From the NCBI RefSeq assembly GCF_009914755.1, contig NC_060929.1: DNA of 64,000 nt. One strand, written 5' to 3'. The notes under the pieces are model-generated. The model did no database searches, had not been told where the DNA came from, and saw nothing but the letters and a program-made list of their open reading frames with translations. This DNA comes from the human T2T-CHM13v2.0 reference genome, Homo sapiens. Each line of letters starts with the position of its first letter. Positions within the stretch are counted from its first letter, which is position 1. Positions 51,302 through 63,851 of the stretch are shown piece after piece. Made by a program: the position numbers and the translations under genes.

Positions 51302-54300
51302 AAAAAACTAATACCAAGCCCTCTTAAATGCTTTTCAAAAAGTAGAAGAGGAAACATTCCCAGACTCATTTTATGAGGCCAGTGTCACCCTGATTCCAAA
51401 GCCAGACAAAGACACCACAAGAAAAGAAAACTACAGGCTATAATCCCTGATAAACATAGATGCAAAAATCCTCAATAAAGTACTAGCAAATATCATTCAG
51501 TAGCACATTTTAAGGATCATACATCATGACCAAGTGGGATTTATCCCTGGGATGCAAGGATGGTTCAATGTACATACAATATGATATGCCACATTCACAG
51601 CATAGAAGATAAAAACATCATTTCATCAGATGCAGAAAAAATATTTGACAAAAATTAACATTATTTTATGATTAAAAACTCTGAACCAAATAGGCATAAG
51701 AGGAACTTAGTAAAAGCCATATATGAAGGACCCACAACTAACGCTATAATCAATGGGCTAAAACTTAGTTTTTCCTCTAAGATTTGGAGCAAGGCAAGGA
51801 TGCCATATGTCATCACTTCTCTTCGACATTGTACTGGAAGTCCTAGGCAGAGAAAACAGACAGGAAAAAGAAAAGGCATTCAAATTGGAAGGGAAGAGGC
51901 AAAATTATCTGTTTGCAGGTGTCATGATCATATATACATGGAAAATCCTAAAGACTTCACAAAAACTGTTAGAACTGATCAGTGAATTCAGTAAAGTAAG
52001 ATACAAAAATCAACATACAAAAACAGTGGCATATCTGTACATCAACAATAAACTCTCTAAAAGGAAAATTAAGAGAATCTCATTTACATTAGCAAGAAAA
52101 GATAAAATACTTAGGAATTAAGGAGGTGAGAGACTTGTACATTTAATTATAAAATATTGATGAAGGAAATTTAAAACAAATGGAAAGATCTCATGTTCAC
52201 AGATTGGAAGAATTAATATTGTTAAAATGTTTTTTTTTTTTTTTTTTTTTTTGAGATGGAGTCTTGCTTTGTCACCCAGGCTGGAGTGCAAGTGGCATGA
52301 TCTCGGCTCACTGCAAGCTCTGCCTCCCGGTTTCATGCCATTCTCTTGCCTCAGCCTCCCCAGCAGCTGGGACTACAGGTGCATGCTGCCACGCCTGGCT
52401 AATTTTTTTGTATTTTTAGTAGAGATGGGGTTTCACCGTATTAGTCAGGATGGTCTCAATCTCCTGACCTCGTGATCTGCCCGCCTCGGCCTCCCAAAGT
52501 GCTGGGATTATAGGTGTGAGCCACAGCGCCCGGCCTGTTTAAATGTTTATACTATGCCAAACAACAGATTCAAAGTAATTCCTATCAAACTCTCAATGGT
52601 ATCTTTTACAGAAATAAAAAAACTAACCCTAAAATGTATATGGGACCACAAAAGACCCTGAATAGCCAAAACAATCTTGAGCAAGAAGAACAAAGCTGGA
52701 GGCATCCAACTTCCTGACTTCAAATTATATTACAACGCTATAGTAATCACAACAGCATGGTACTGCTATAAAAGCAGATATACTGGCCAGTGGAAAAGAA
52801 TAGAGAGCCCAGAAATAAACCTACATATTTATGGTCAACAATTTCTGTAAGAGTGCCAAGTGTGTAACGGGGAAAGGATAGACTTTTCAGCAAAAGAATA
52901 AAATTGGACGCCTGTCTCATACTGGTCACAGAAATCAACTCAAAATGGATGAAAGACTTTAACATAAGACTTGCAATTGTAAAACTCCTAGAAGAAAACA
53001 GGGAAAACCTTGACCTTGGTCTTGGCAATAATTTTTTGGATATAGCAACAAAAGCAAAAATGGTATTACATAAAACTAAAAAGCTTCGTCGTAGCAAAGG
53101 AAATAATCAAAATGAAGTGTTATTTTTTTGTACATGCAAAGCTCTAGAGCATGACCTAGCATACAAAAAACATTAACTATTTATATTCTCCTAACTCTGG
53201 TGGTCTCCCTCAGCTCACTGTGACACTTGGCCTTATTGTTCCTTTCCTTCATGTGTGCGTGTGTGTGTCTTCTCCAGCAAGATTATATTGCATATGGGAT
53301 TCAGGTTGAGATAAATGAAAAGACAACCTACAGAATGGGAGAAAACCTACCTCTGTTGCATTCGGTTTCCTTCTGTGGTCTTTAAGCCTGCAGAAGGATG
53401 TTTTCCAACAAAAGCACCATTTATAAATACAATATTCCTCATGGCAGCACTGTAAATGCTGGCCTGTTACCCCCATGACAGGGATATAACCCTTGTTGAG
53501 TAAAAATATTAGCAAACTGTGTATCTAATAAGGGATTAACATCCAAAATATATGAAGAGTGAATACAACTCAATACCAAAAATACAAATAATCCAATTAA
53601 ACGGGCAAAGTACCTAAATAGGTACTTGTCAAAAGAGAAAATTTAAATGGCTAACAGGTATATTTAAAGGTGCTCAACATCTTTCATCATCAGGAAAAAG
53701 AGTCAAAACCATAAAAAGAACAGATAAATGTTGGCGAGGATATGGAGAAATGGGAATCCTAGTACACAGCTGGGAATGTAAATTAGTATAGCCATTATGG
53801 AAAACAGTATGGAAATTCCTCAGAAGATTAAAAAAGGAAGCACCATAGGGCCCAGCAATTCTACTTCTGGTTAGATAGTCAAAGGAACTGAAATCAGGAT
53901 CATAAAGAGATACTTGCACTCATGTTCTTAGCATTATTCACAGTAACAAAGATGTAGAAACAACCTAAATGTCACTCAACAGATGAGTAAAGAAAATGTG
54001 GTATATATGTGTACAATGGAATATTATTCTGCCTTTAAAAAGAAGGAAATCCTATTTGCAACAACATGGGTGGAGCCAGAGGACATTATGCTAAGCAAAA
54101 TGAGACACAGAAAGAAATATTGCATGATATAACTTAACATAGAATCTAAAATATAAATAATCTAAAATCTAAAATGTATAGAAGCAGAGAGGAGAGTGGT
54201 TATGGGATGATATTAGTCAAAGGGTACAAAGTTTCAGTTAACGGTAGATGAAGTTCTGAAGATCTAATGTACAGCATGTCGAAGATAATATTTTATTATA

Positions 54301-54478
54301 TACTTAGAATTTGCTAAAAGGGTAGATCTTAAATCTTCTCATATACACACGTGCACAAATGATAACTGTAGGGGTAATAGAGATGCATTTCACAATGTAT
54401 ATGTTTTCCAAAGCATCAAGTTGTACCCCTTAAATACACAGTTTTCATGTTCACAATATCTAAATAGAGCTGTTAAGA
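51302..54478 (+). mobile_element. 5'-truncated L1MA (MA8/9-like): decayed ORF2 plus 3' UTR, carrying an AluY and two foreign inserts
   Basis: ORF2 motifs (ttttatgaggccagt..ccaaagccagacaaaga, gggatgcaaggatggttcaa) and an L1MA-type 3' end. Decayed TSD aaccatggttc (~51291-51301) / aatcatgggttc (~54481-54492). Confidence 0.9.
52233..52535 (-). mobile_element. AluY-like element within L1
   Basis: ctgcaagctc, gccattctc, aggatggtctc, gacctcgtgatc; TSD tgttaaaatgttt / tgtttaaatgttt. Confidence 0.93.
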
Positions 54479-55097
54479 AAAATCATGGGTTCCATGCACT
54501 ACTGATGGTTCTCACTGTATATCTTGGAGAAGGTGCAATACTCTTCCGCTGCACTGTTAGTACATTTAAGTAACATGTAAAATACAGCACCAATAAGCAA
54601 TTTAGGACAGTAATATCTGCTTAAAATGTTCTGTAAATTCTCAGCTAGAACATTTGCAAATTGTTTCCCAAATGCATTGCAAATTTATGACAGTTAAAGT
54701 GCAGTAATGATTTAAAGACTGTAAGCAGTGTTTCCTGTATCTTATAAGACAAATGCTTTAGTTTTACCTTTATCTCATTAGAGAGTTATATGTCAGTGCT
54801 GAAAATGCCATGCTGTAAGGTATAAAAGGTATAAAATCCTTTCAAGGGGTGAGGGTTGAGATTTCTGTTAAACACCTAAGTGGAGATGTGAGGAAAAAAG
54901 TTGGATAAAAGCCTGGAAGTCAGGAAGGGACACCTAAGCGAGGGATGTTTGGGGAGTCTGCTGGTAGGGAAAGCTGTGGGACCAATGGGATCATTGGGAT
55001 AGTTAGCAGTGCCCAAGGCACTTCATGACTTACAGGTCAGGAAGATACGAAGCAACTAGCAAAGGATACTAAGTCAAATGGCCAAAGATAGGAGGTT

Positions 55098-55467
55098 TGT
55101 ATTAGTTTGTTCTAATGCTGCTAATAAAGACATGTGAGACTGGGTAATTTATAAAGGAAAGCGGCTTAATTGACTCACAGTTCAGCAGGGCTGGGGAGGC
55201 CTTAGGAAACTTACAATTTGGGCGGAAGGGGAAGCAAACATGTCCTTCTTCACATGCAGCAGCAAGGAGAAGTGCCAAGCAAAAGGGGGAAAAGACCCTT
55301 ATAAAGCCATCAGATCTTGTGAGAACTCACTCACTATCACGAGAAAGGCAGCATGGGGATAACTACTCCCATTCTTCAGTTACCTCCCACCAGGTCCTTC
55401 CCATGACACATGGAGATTATGGGAACTAAAAGATTAGATTTGGGTGGGTTCACGCCAAACCATATGA
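55098..55467 (-). mobile_element. THE1 (THE1C-like) solo LTR nested in L2
   Basis: tgtattagt..gctgctaataaagacat..gagactgggtaatttataaaggaaa..ccaaaccatatga; 5-bp TSD aggtt at 55093-55097 and 55468-55472. Confidence 0.93.
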
Positions 55468-56104
55468 AGGTTTAAAAGGAAAACAGTGGTGTCCTGGAAG
55501 GAGCATAAAATGGTGTTTTGAGGAAGAAGATGTGATCAACCATGTTCAGTGCTACTGAAAGGAAGGCAAGACTGAGAAGTAAGACTTCACCAGGGTAGCA
55601 GTCATAGATGACTTGCTTTAGAACATTGTGTTCGTGTGAGAATTTTTAGATCAATGGCTGCAAATAATTAAACTCAGCATATACAATTTGGGCATCTGTG
55701 ACCTGCATTAATGACTGCCATCTTTCTTCTAACCATTTATCATGGTCATTATCATTTTAGTATTATTAAAGAAAAAACTTCTAGCAAAAACTAGAGTTTA
55801 TCTGTTAAAAAAAAAAAGCTGAAATAGGGAGCTGTAAAGCTGCTTTTACAACATTTTCATTGGTTTATTCCCAGTTAAGTCATGTGACTGTGGGATCTTG
55901 CATATTGTCACTCCAGTTTCATTGGGTTCACACTATGCCCTTTCAGAGTTACTGGAAGTTTGAACAGATTAAGTACCTTTCAGCTCCTCTGGACAAAATG
56001 CCATCTGTGTTCTGCCCCCCACCCCACCCCTACCAATTGCTATTTTATGTTGCTAAAAACAAAAGTTTCTTTGATTTTTAAAATTTTTTAAAATTGATTT
56101 TTAA

Positions 56105-56415
56105 GTGTTTGTTGTTGTTGTTTCTTGTTTTAGAGACAGAGTTTTGCTCTCTCGCCCAGACTATAGTGCAGTGGTGTAATTATAGCTCACTGCAGCCTTG
56201 AATCTCCTGAGCTCAAGTGATCCTCCCACTCTAGCCTCCCGAGCAGCTAGGACTATAGGCACACGCCACCACACTGGCTAAATATTGTTTATTTTTTGTG
56301 GAGGTGGGATTTCCGTATGTTGCCTAGGCTGGTCTCAAACTCCTAGGTTCAAGCATTCCTCCCGCCTTGACCTTCCAAAGTGCTGGAGTGACAAGCATGA
56401 GCCACGGTGCCTGAC
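56105..56415 (-). mobile_element. AluJ element
   Basis: atagctcactgcagccttga..ctcaagtgatcctccc. Confidence 0.92.
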
Positions 56416-57928
56416 TTTTTTTCTTTTTTTTTTTTTTTTTAAGTAGGCTCCAGAACTGTAAAATAAGGTCATTGTGAGTAGATCAAAGATGTAGGGGGAA
56501 AATGCTGCTTATCTATTTAGCTAAAATGACATGTTGATTATTTACAATGATTTCATCTAACGCACTCAGGCTGAATTCCTTCCTATTGATTATAGAGGGA
56601 ATTCTACTAGTGCTCAGAGGAGAAAATTAATAGATCAGGAAATTGGAGCAAAGGAAAAATTATTATTATTTTTTTTACCTTCAATCAACTTGCCCCAGCA
56701 AAGGGAAAATTAAAGGTAGAGGGGCGGGGGGAAAGTCACGGTGAAGTTAGCATACAAGAATGTATGATAGCAGATCCTATGTATTTGCTGGAAGAGGAGG
56801 GCCAAAACTTGCTTCTGGATTTCGTAGCATTATAACAGCCTTGGCAAAGAAGGAAACATGATTATGTGATTCAGTGTTCTGAAAGCAAAAGCAAAGCAGT
56901 TAGGAGAAGCAGAGCTTTTCTTGGTATTGAGGTCTGATAAAATTTTCCATAACATAGGAAATGTTGAATAGTGAACATACAGTGTCCTCAGCAATGTCCC
57001 TGCAATAGATAGTCCAGAGTTACCTAGAATTGTATAATATCTTACACTGAGAGATCATGCTAAAAGCATGATTACATTAGGGACCCAAACAATGTTATCA
57101 TTTTTTGGAGAAAAACCTTCACAGCAGATATTGATGTTGTCCACTTCATGATATTGTCATCTTCATGTGCTTTGAAAGTTGAGTGGGAGAGTGCAGGCTG
57201 AGGTCTTTCGGAAATTGAGCCTGCATTGATAATCACCAATATCCAGGGACAGAGAGCCAAGGAAGGCTGGGCTTTTACTGGAATCCGTTTAGATAAAAGA
57301 AACATACTTGGCATATAAAATATGTTCTCCTTGCCCCCAGATTCCTGAAGAAGGCTTGTTGCAAATTCTGGTTTTGACACTGGTGGTTTTACTGCAAACT
57401 AGAAGAGGTGAGCATATTTTCAGGGAGATCTACATTTAATACCTGTGCAGTTAGCTGTGTGATGAGCCTGGCGGACTTGTGCCTTGGCCTCTCCCTTTGG
57501 AAGCCTTTTTCTTTCCAATCCCAGCTGTCCTGCTCTGCTCAAGTTTTAGCAAATTACTGAGAACATTTCATATTTAAGATTTTGAACCATTTCCACCTGG
57601 GCCCACACATATCTCCATTTATCTCAGTGAAAGAATTTCAAGTGGAGCTTCAGTGTGTTTTACCACATTTATAGCAGCTGCTGTCTGCCTGTCTCCCATT
57701 CCGTTGGTATAAATCAAAATGTGGTGGAATACTCTGAGATATTGTCAGACCACAAGGAATCGTCTGCCCATGGCCTCTGGGCTGCTGGGAGCTGATGAAA
57801 GAATGGGAACTTGTGGACTAATATTGAAACACCTTATTAACAAGTTGTTATAGTGTTCAATAATTTTAACCAACTGGAAAGATGTCTATGAGTGGTTAAT
57901 CACATTTGAATAGGAATATAGTTTTATT

Positions 57929-57964
57929 ATCGCTTCTTGGCCTTTTGGTTAAGATCAAGTGTAG
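57929..57964 (+). pseudogene. 3'-truncated U2 snRNA retrocopy (U2 nt 1-36)
   Basis: atcgcttcttggccttttggttaagatcaagtgtag versus U2 ATCGCTTCTCGGCCTTTTGGCTAAGATCAAGTGTAG (34/36). Direct repeat taggaatatagttttatt at 57911-57928 and 57962-57979. Confidence 0.93.
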
Positions 57965-58127
57965 GAATATAGTTTTATTTTGAAACTTTGAAATATTTGC
58001 CTTAACTATTAACTTGTAAGTAACAAAGGATGGAGTGGTGGGCTTTTTCAGAATGGGGTAAAAGGTTTAATACCAATTTTTAACTTGTTAGGTTAGATCT
58101 TTATAGATAAGAAAAGACCATACTAGG

Positions 58128-58296
58128 GAGTGGTTCTCAACACTGGGTACATATTAGAATCATTAGAGGAACTTGGAAAAAAAAATCCTTGGTCCCACTG
58201 TCTAGACCAATCAAATCAGACTCCTGGGAATGGGGCCTAGGTATTGCTAAAGTTTCCCAGGTGCTTCTGATGTGCAACCAGGGGTGAAAACCACTG
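58128..58296 (+). mobile_element. MER5A
   Basis: agtggttctcaac..attagaatca..ccaatcaaatcaga..cccaggtg.ttctgatgtgca..aaccactg. Confidence 0.88.
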
Positions 58297-59849
58297 CTCT
58301 AGGTTGTCACAGACTCTGGCCATCAGAATGCAGTGATATCAAACCATAACTTTTTGGTTATAGACAATTAGTAAAGTCTTTAAAACTTGATCACTTTTGT
58401 TCTGCAGCATTATCATGTCAACTCCGCATCCTGTTTTCATCATTTTGGGAAAATTGTGACTCTTCAAATACAATGGGGAATAGTTATAATTTTGGATTTT
58501 GTGATTTGGGGGGAGGTGACTTGGGTAGTATCTAAACTGAAGTTTATCCTTGTTCTATCTTGAAAAGGAGAGTTTGTTATAGGCAGCATAAACAAAGTTG
58601 TAAGGGGAGTTTAATATAGGTTATAAAACAAATTTACAAACACTTTAGAGTTTATGTTGAAATTTAAAGTATTCACATATTATATATATTATTTTCTCTA
58701 AATGTTCTATAAGATTCCACCTGGCAAATCTCATTAACTGGTTTTTATCACAGTATGTATAGTTAAACTTGGACTATTTAGAGCTCTTTGAGAAAACATT
58801 ATTTCATTATCTCAGTTTTCTCAGATAGCTTCTCCCAGCAGAGAACATAAGTACTTAAAAATAAAGAAGTGGTTCCATAGAGTGATCTCTCTGAATCTCT
58901 GGTGCCTTATAGATTTCTAGATAATTAAACTGTTTAACATTGGCTCAGGAATAACATCACAGACACATGTGCTAGGCCATAAAGGTGTTGCATTCAGGAG
59001 CAATTGGGAAGGCTGCTGTTTGTCCTTTTTCTGAGTGCCTTCAGACTACTGAGGTTTGGGTTCTACCTTATTTTTATTTGTATTTTTTAGTTTAAGCCTT
59101 GATCTGGCTCATACCTTATTTTTATAGTTTTTCCACAGTAGCCTCCATGTTTTTTTCTCTTTTAATTTGTTGATTCTGATCTGCCATGGATCTGGAAACC
59201 AGGTGATCAAATTAGTTAGTATTGTGGGCTAGTTAGAATTGTGGATCAAAAAGAATGAATAGGTTGTAAGTAAAGGCCTAAGGACTTCAACAAATAAAAT
59301 CTGTGAGTTGCCATAAATGGACTGAACTGACTTTTTGTTTGTTGTCTTCTGGTCCTTTACCTGTGTCCTAGAAAGCTGCGATCGATGGTAATTTCTAAGT
59401 AGGGGGTAAGGAGTTGCTATACATAAAGCAGGGAATGAGGTATTAAATGAAAAACATTCTGGAATTTGGAGTTTCTATGTTTTGTGTATGCTTTTATTTC
59501 AAAATCTGAATCTCTTATTTCAATATTGGGTCTTGCTGAGGAGGTAAGACACATATACACACGAAGGAAAGGAGCCACAGTAGGGCTGAGTGTCACCGTG
59601 AGCTGTGGGAAAACAGAGTTGGGAGAGTGAATCATTACGTAATGCCTTTTGTGCGCTAGGTAATACTTTGTGTGTACAATAAGCTCCCCAACAACACCCC
59701 CAAATAATGTAACTTTGGACGTAAAGCTCTTGGTGATTGTTGGGTGCTTTCGAGCCAGGCTAACAGCAAAAGCTTGCCCTATATATAACCTCACAAGAAG
59801 AAGATTTTACATTTTGCATGATTTAACATCTTGGACCCTTTATATAGTG

Positions 59850-60060
59850 TTGTGATGAGATTTTATTGTACTCATTTAATTCTTGAAAGAAACCTATGAA
59901 GTAGATATTGCCATCCCCATTTTACCAAAGGGGAAATTGAACCAAAGAGAATTTAAATAATCTGGCAAGAGTTGTTCAGTTAATAATTGGCAGAGCTGGG
60001 ATTTGAACTGAACCTAGGCAGTCAGACTTGAGACCCCCACGCTCCTACAAGTTATGCTCT
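59850..60060 (-). mobile_element. MIR
   Basis: ctcatttaattctt..atccccattttac..ggcagagctgggatttgaac. Confidence 0.85.
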
Positions 60061-60445
60061 GTTGTGTTGGGAGATGCTTGACAGTGTTCTATTCATCAGT
60101 TGATTTTGAGTTTTTATTACAGTGATATGCTTAAAATCATAACATTTTTCTCCTTTGGATTATTTTCCTGGGAAAAATCCTTAAAATCTAGGTGTCATGG
60201 GTTAGATTGTAATTGCCTAAAATTTATATGTTGGAGTCCGAAGCCCCACAACTTCAGAATATGGTGCTATTGATAGTTCTACTGTTGTCAGCTTCTGAAG
60301 GAAGCTGTTAGAAGTAATGCAGAATTATTTCCTTAGTGTTTTTCATTTGTTCTTTTGCAAAGTAACTCTACTGGAGTGGTAGAAATCTGGGGCTGGCATT
60401 TTTAATGGCATTTTTTTAAATGCCAGCCCTAATGATGGGATTCAT

Positions 60446-60515
60446 GTTATTAATAGAAATTGAGTAGGGGCTTTGGAGAAGTTATTAATAGAAATTGAGT
60501 AGGGGCTTTGGAGAA
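60446..60515 (+). repeat. Perfect 35-bp tandem duplication
   Basis: gttattaatagaaattgagtaggggctttggagaa at 60446-60480 and 60481-60515. Confidence 0.98.
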
Positions 60516-62140
60516 GTCATCTGGGCTAAAATCCTAGCTGTGAAATGGGAATGGCAGTGTTTGTCTAATGTGGTGTTTATTTAGTAGGTGGAGGGTATTA
60601 GCCATTATTCACCCCTACATTTGTGTACAGTGCACCCCTCTGCACACTGTCTGCAACCTAGAGATCTCATTTCTAGTTTATCCAGGTAGTTCATTACAAA
60701 GTTCTACTGCTTAAGTTATTTTGATAAAGTGAGCTCTCTCTGTGTGTATGTATATATGTGTGTTTTATGGCTGATGTAGATACTTGGTAATACTCAGTAT
60801 AAAATATTTTCAAGACTAAAAATTATTTTGGCTTCGATATATAGAAGAATTTCTTATGTAATTCAGGAATTGTTGATAAGTATGAAATGAAGTGTTTTAT
60901 ATATAGATAGGCAAAATACACATATACATATTTGTATAGATAAAACAGACATATAAATAGAATGATAAATCTAAAATAACAGGTAAAATACACAAATACA
61001 CATAATATACACACTCATGTAAATTTAGTGCAAATGAGTTTGAATTTTTTTTCATTAATTAACCAGTAATTTATGTTAATTTTCTGGTAGTCTATTCAAA
61101 TATCCTAAATTTAAATGACTACTTACCACTGTAAAAGGGATGCTTTAGAAAAATGCACCACCTTTCTTCTGTGGCTTACATATTCACATCACCAGTCATG
61201 TACTCCTTGAGGCTCAAATACCCCAGTTTGAGAGTCTGATTCTGGGGCCTTCATTGCCCCTTTGCCCTTGTGTCTGAAAAGACCTTCAAGATAATTTTTG
61301 AAGACAATCTGGTCATGCATGTAGCTGTTTCTTTGAATGACTTTTCTACAAAGGTGAGAAGCCATCTTTTCATGAAAAGATTCCTCAACACTACCACCTC
61401 CAGGTTGTATGAGCTGTAAAACATTTGAATGTGTACTTGACTGGCACCCGAAAGATAAACATCGGGTGTGTTACAGGGTGTACAACTGGGAATTCATAGA
61501 CATGCAGTGATCTAACCAGATTGGGAGGGTAAGAGTTATGGAGACTGGTCTGCAGGTTATAGAGTCAATCCAATGTTTTTTAATTAAAAATATTTTATCA
61601 CCATGCTTTCTTTGGCTGTCATTTGGTCCATTTGTATGGCAATATCAGGGGTTTCCAAAAGTCCCTCTGGCATCCTATTGGATTCTGTTGCTAGGAATGT
61701 TAGATTTTTAGTAATTAAAAACTTTTAAAGATAGTTTCAAGAATTCAAATACTTTGTCAAAGCATTCACTGGGGGCTAGGTTTGTTTGTTTTCCAACTAG
61801 GTTACCCACCTTTGTTGCTCAATTTATTTTTTTAAATATATGCCTATCATCTTCATTTTTTCGTATATGCTAAAATTTGTTGCTGGACCAGTTCAGCCTA
61901 CCAGACAGCTGATTCCTGAAAACATAGTTTTAGACTTGGTTCTTCTGAATGGTGTTTTGGTGCAAGGCCGTCAGCTTGCACTGTGGCACACTCCTGAGAA
62001 AAATCCCTGTGAAACCCTTATTTACCATGAGGATCATGTTACACAGCTGCCTCATTATGAGGACACAGGGGAGACCTTCCCCTGCTCTCAGTACTGAAAG
62101 GAGTTGTGTTGTTCTAGAGTAACTGGTTTGTTTTTTTCTT

Positions 62141-62442
62141 CTTTTCCATTTATTTATTTAGAGACAGAGTTTCACCATTGTTGCTTAGGCTACAGTCCAG
62201 TGGTGCAATCTTGGCTCACCGCAACCTCCACCTCCTGGGTTCAAGCGAGTCTCCTGCCCCAGCCTCCTGAGTTGCTGGGATTACAGGCATATGCCACCAC
62301 ACCTGGCTAATTTTGTATTTTTAGTAGAGACAGGGTTTCTCCATGTTTGTCAGGCTGGTCTTGAACTCCTGACCTCAGGTGATCCGCCTGCCTTGGCCTC
62401 CCATAGTGCTGGGATTGCAGGTGTGAGCCACTGCACCCAGCC
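62141..62442 (-). mobile_element. AluS (Sp/Sq-like) element
   Basis: Antisense dimer; 17-bp TSD tggtttgtttttttctt at 62124-62140 and 62444-62460. Confidence 0.95.
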
Positions 62443-63768
62443 ATGGTTTGTTTTTTTCTTAGGAACATTGTTTTTCATGCATCTCATCCTGTTTCTTCTT
62501 CACGTTGTCCATGACCACACAGCCACAAGGCCTCGCTATAGTGCCTAGAATTTCGTATCATGGATTTTTGTTGTTGTTTTGATTCTTTAAAAAAATTAAA
62601 TTCAGTCTTGTGCTCATCTTTTTTAAATTTTAGAAGATTCCTTTTTCCTGCTGATTTCTTCCCTCGTAGAAAAAAATGCCCCCCTTTTTGGGGACTGCTG
62701 TAGGTGCTTTTTGGGACACATTAGGGAGCAAATAATCATAATAGGCACTCAGTGAATGTTGAAGCCAATTTCATGTGGTCTTCTCAGCAATGAGCAATGG
62801 AAGTTGTTTACACTTTGTTGCAGCTACCTGAACCTTGGGGCTGTGTGAGAACGTTGGGCTGGGCCCAAGGTAGGGCTTGAGTGGTGGAATCAGCTGTATC
62901 TACCCCAGTTACTCTGTGCGGCCCAACCAGGCCCAATATTCTGAAGCCCAGTGTGAGCCCTCTGCTTCCTTCTCTTAGGACAGTGCTCTTCAGGGCTCCC
63001 TGGTGGTCCTGCCCCATCAGTGCTCCAGATGTGGCCAGATGTGCAGAAAACCCAATCCTGCCTCTGGGATGCAGGTCCTGCCATCCTAGTATTGTCTTTG
63101 AAAAGCTTTGGGCCTTCCTTCACAAGTGAGAGAGGTCTACAGCTTCTCATTGTTGTACATCAGGTACATCATTCTTGTTAGCCTAGGTTATACCACACAC
63201 CTAAAGAGCACCAAATCTTTCTGGCTTAAAACAGCATTATGTTGCCTATCACAGGTCCACAGGGGACTCAGGCTCCCTGAACAGCCGCCATTTCCAACCT
63301 TGCTGGTAACCGTGCCAGAGTGAAAGAGCTCTGGGAAGTTTCTATCGGCAGTTAAATGTCCTGGTCTGGAAACGACACGTTAGTTTTGTTTGCAGCTTAT
63401 TTGCTAGAACTTGATACCTGTTCCAGGCAATTCTGTTATGTTCCTGGAAAAGGAGACAACCAGAAATACTTGGCTCGTCACGCTAATGACTAGATTTTGT
63501 AATTAGCATTATATTTTGTTTTATTGTTTATACTTACTTTTGTTCCAGAAAAATGTTTTCTAGGATATTTGAATTTCAGAAAAACAAGAAAGTTTGGGGC
63601 AGAAATTAGTATAGGAATATGAACTGGAATCAGGTGTGCAACTGTTGCAACATGTGCATCAAAACAAACTGTGTTTGTTGAAGGTGGACATTGAAAGCTA
63701 AACTTTCCAGCAGCCCATGTGAAAAGGAAACTTGTGAGATAGAAACTTGACCCATAAGATTGTGGATT

Positions 63769-63851
63769 TTTTCTTTTTCTTTTTTTTTTTGAGACAGAGT
63801 TGCCCAGGCTGGAGTGCAATGGCATGATCTTGGCTCACTGCAACCTCCGCC
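63769..63851 (-). mobile_element. Severely 5'-truncated Alu with TSD
   Basis: T tail plus gagacagagttgcccaggctggagtgcaatgg..caacctccgc; TSD aagattgtggatt (63756-63768) / aagattggggatt (63852-63864). Confidence 0.9.

Noticed and set aside
51661-53176. ORFs with L1 ORF2-like peptides
   Set aside because: Short frameshifted remnants of a 5'-truncated old L1; not an active element or a gene.
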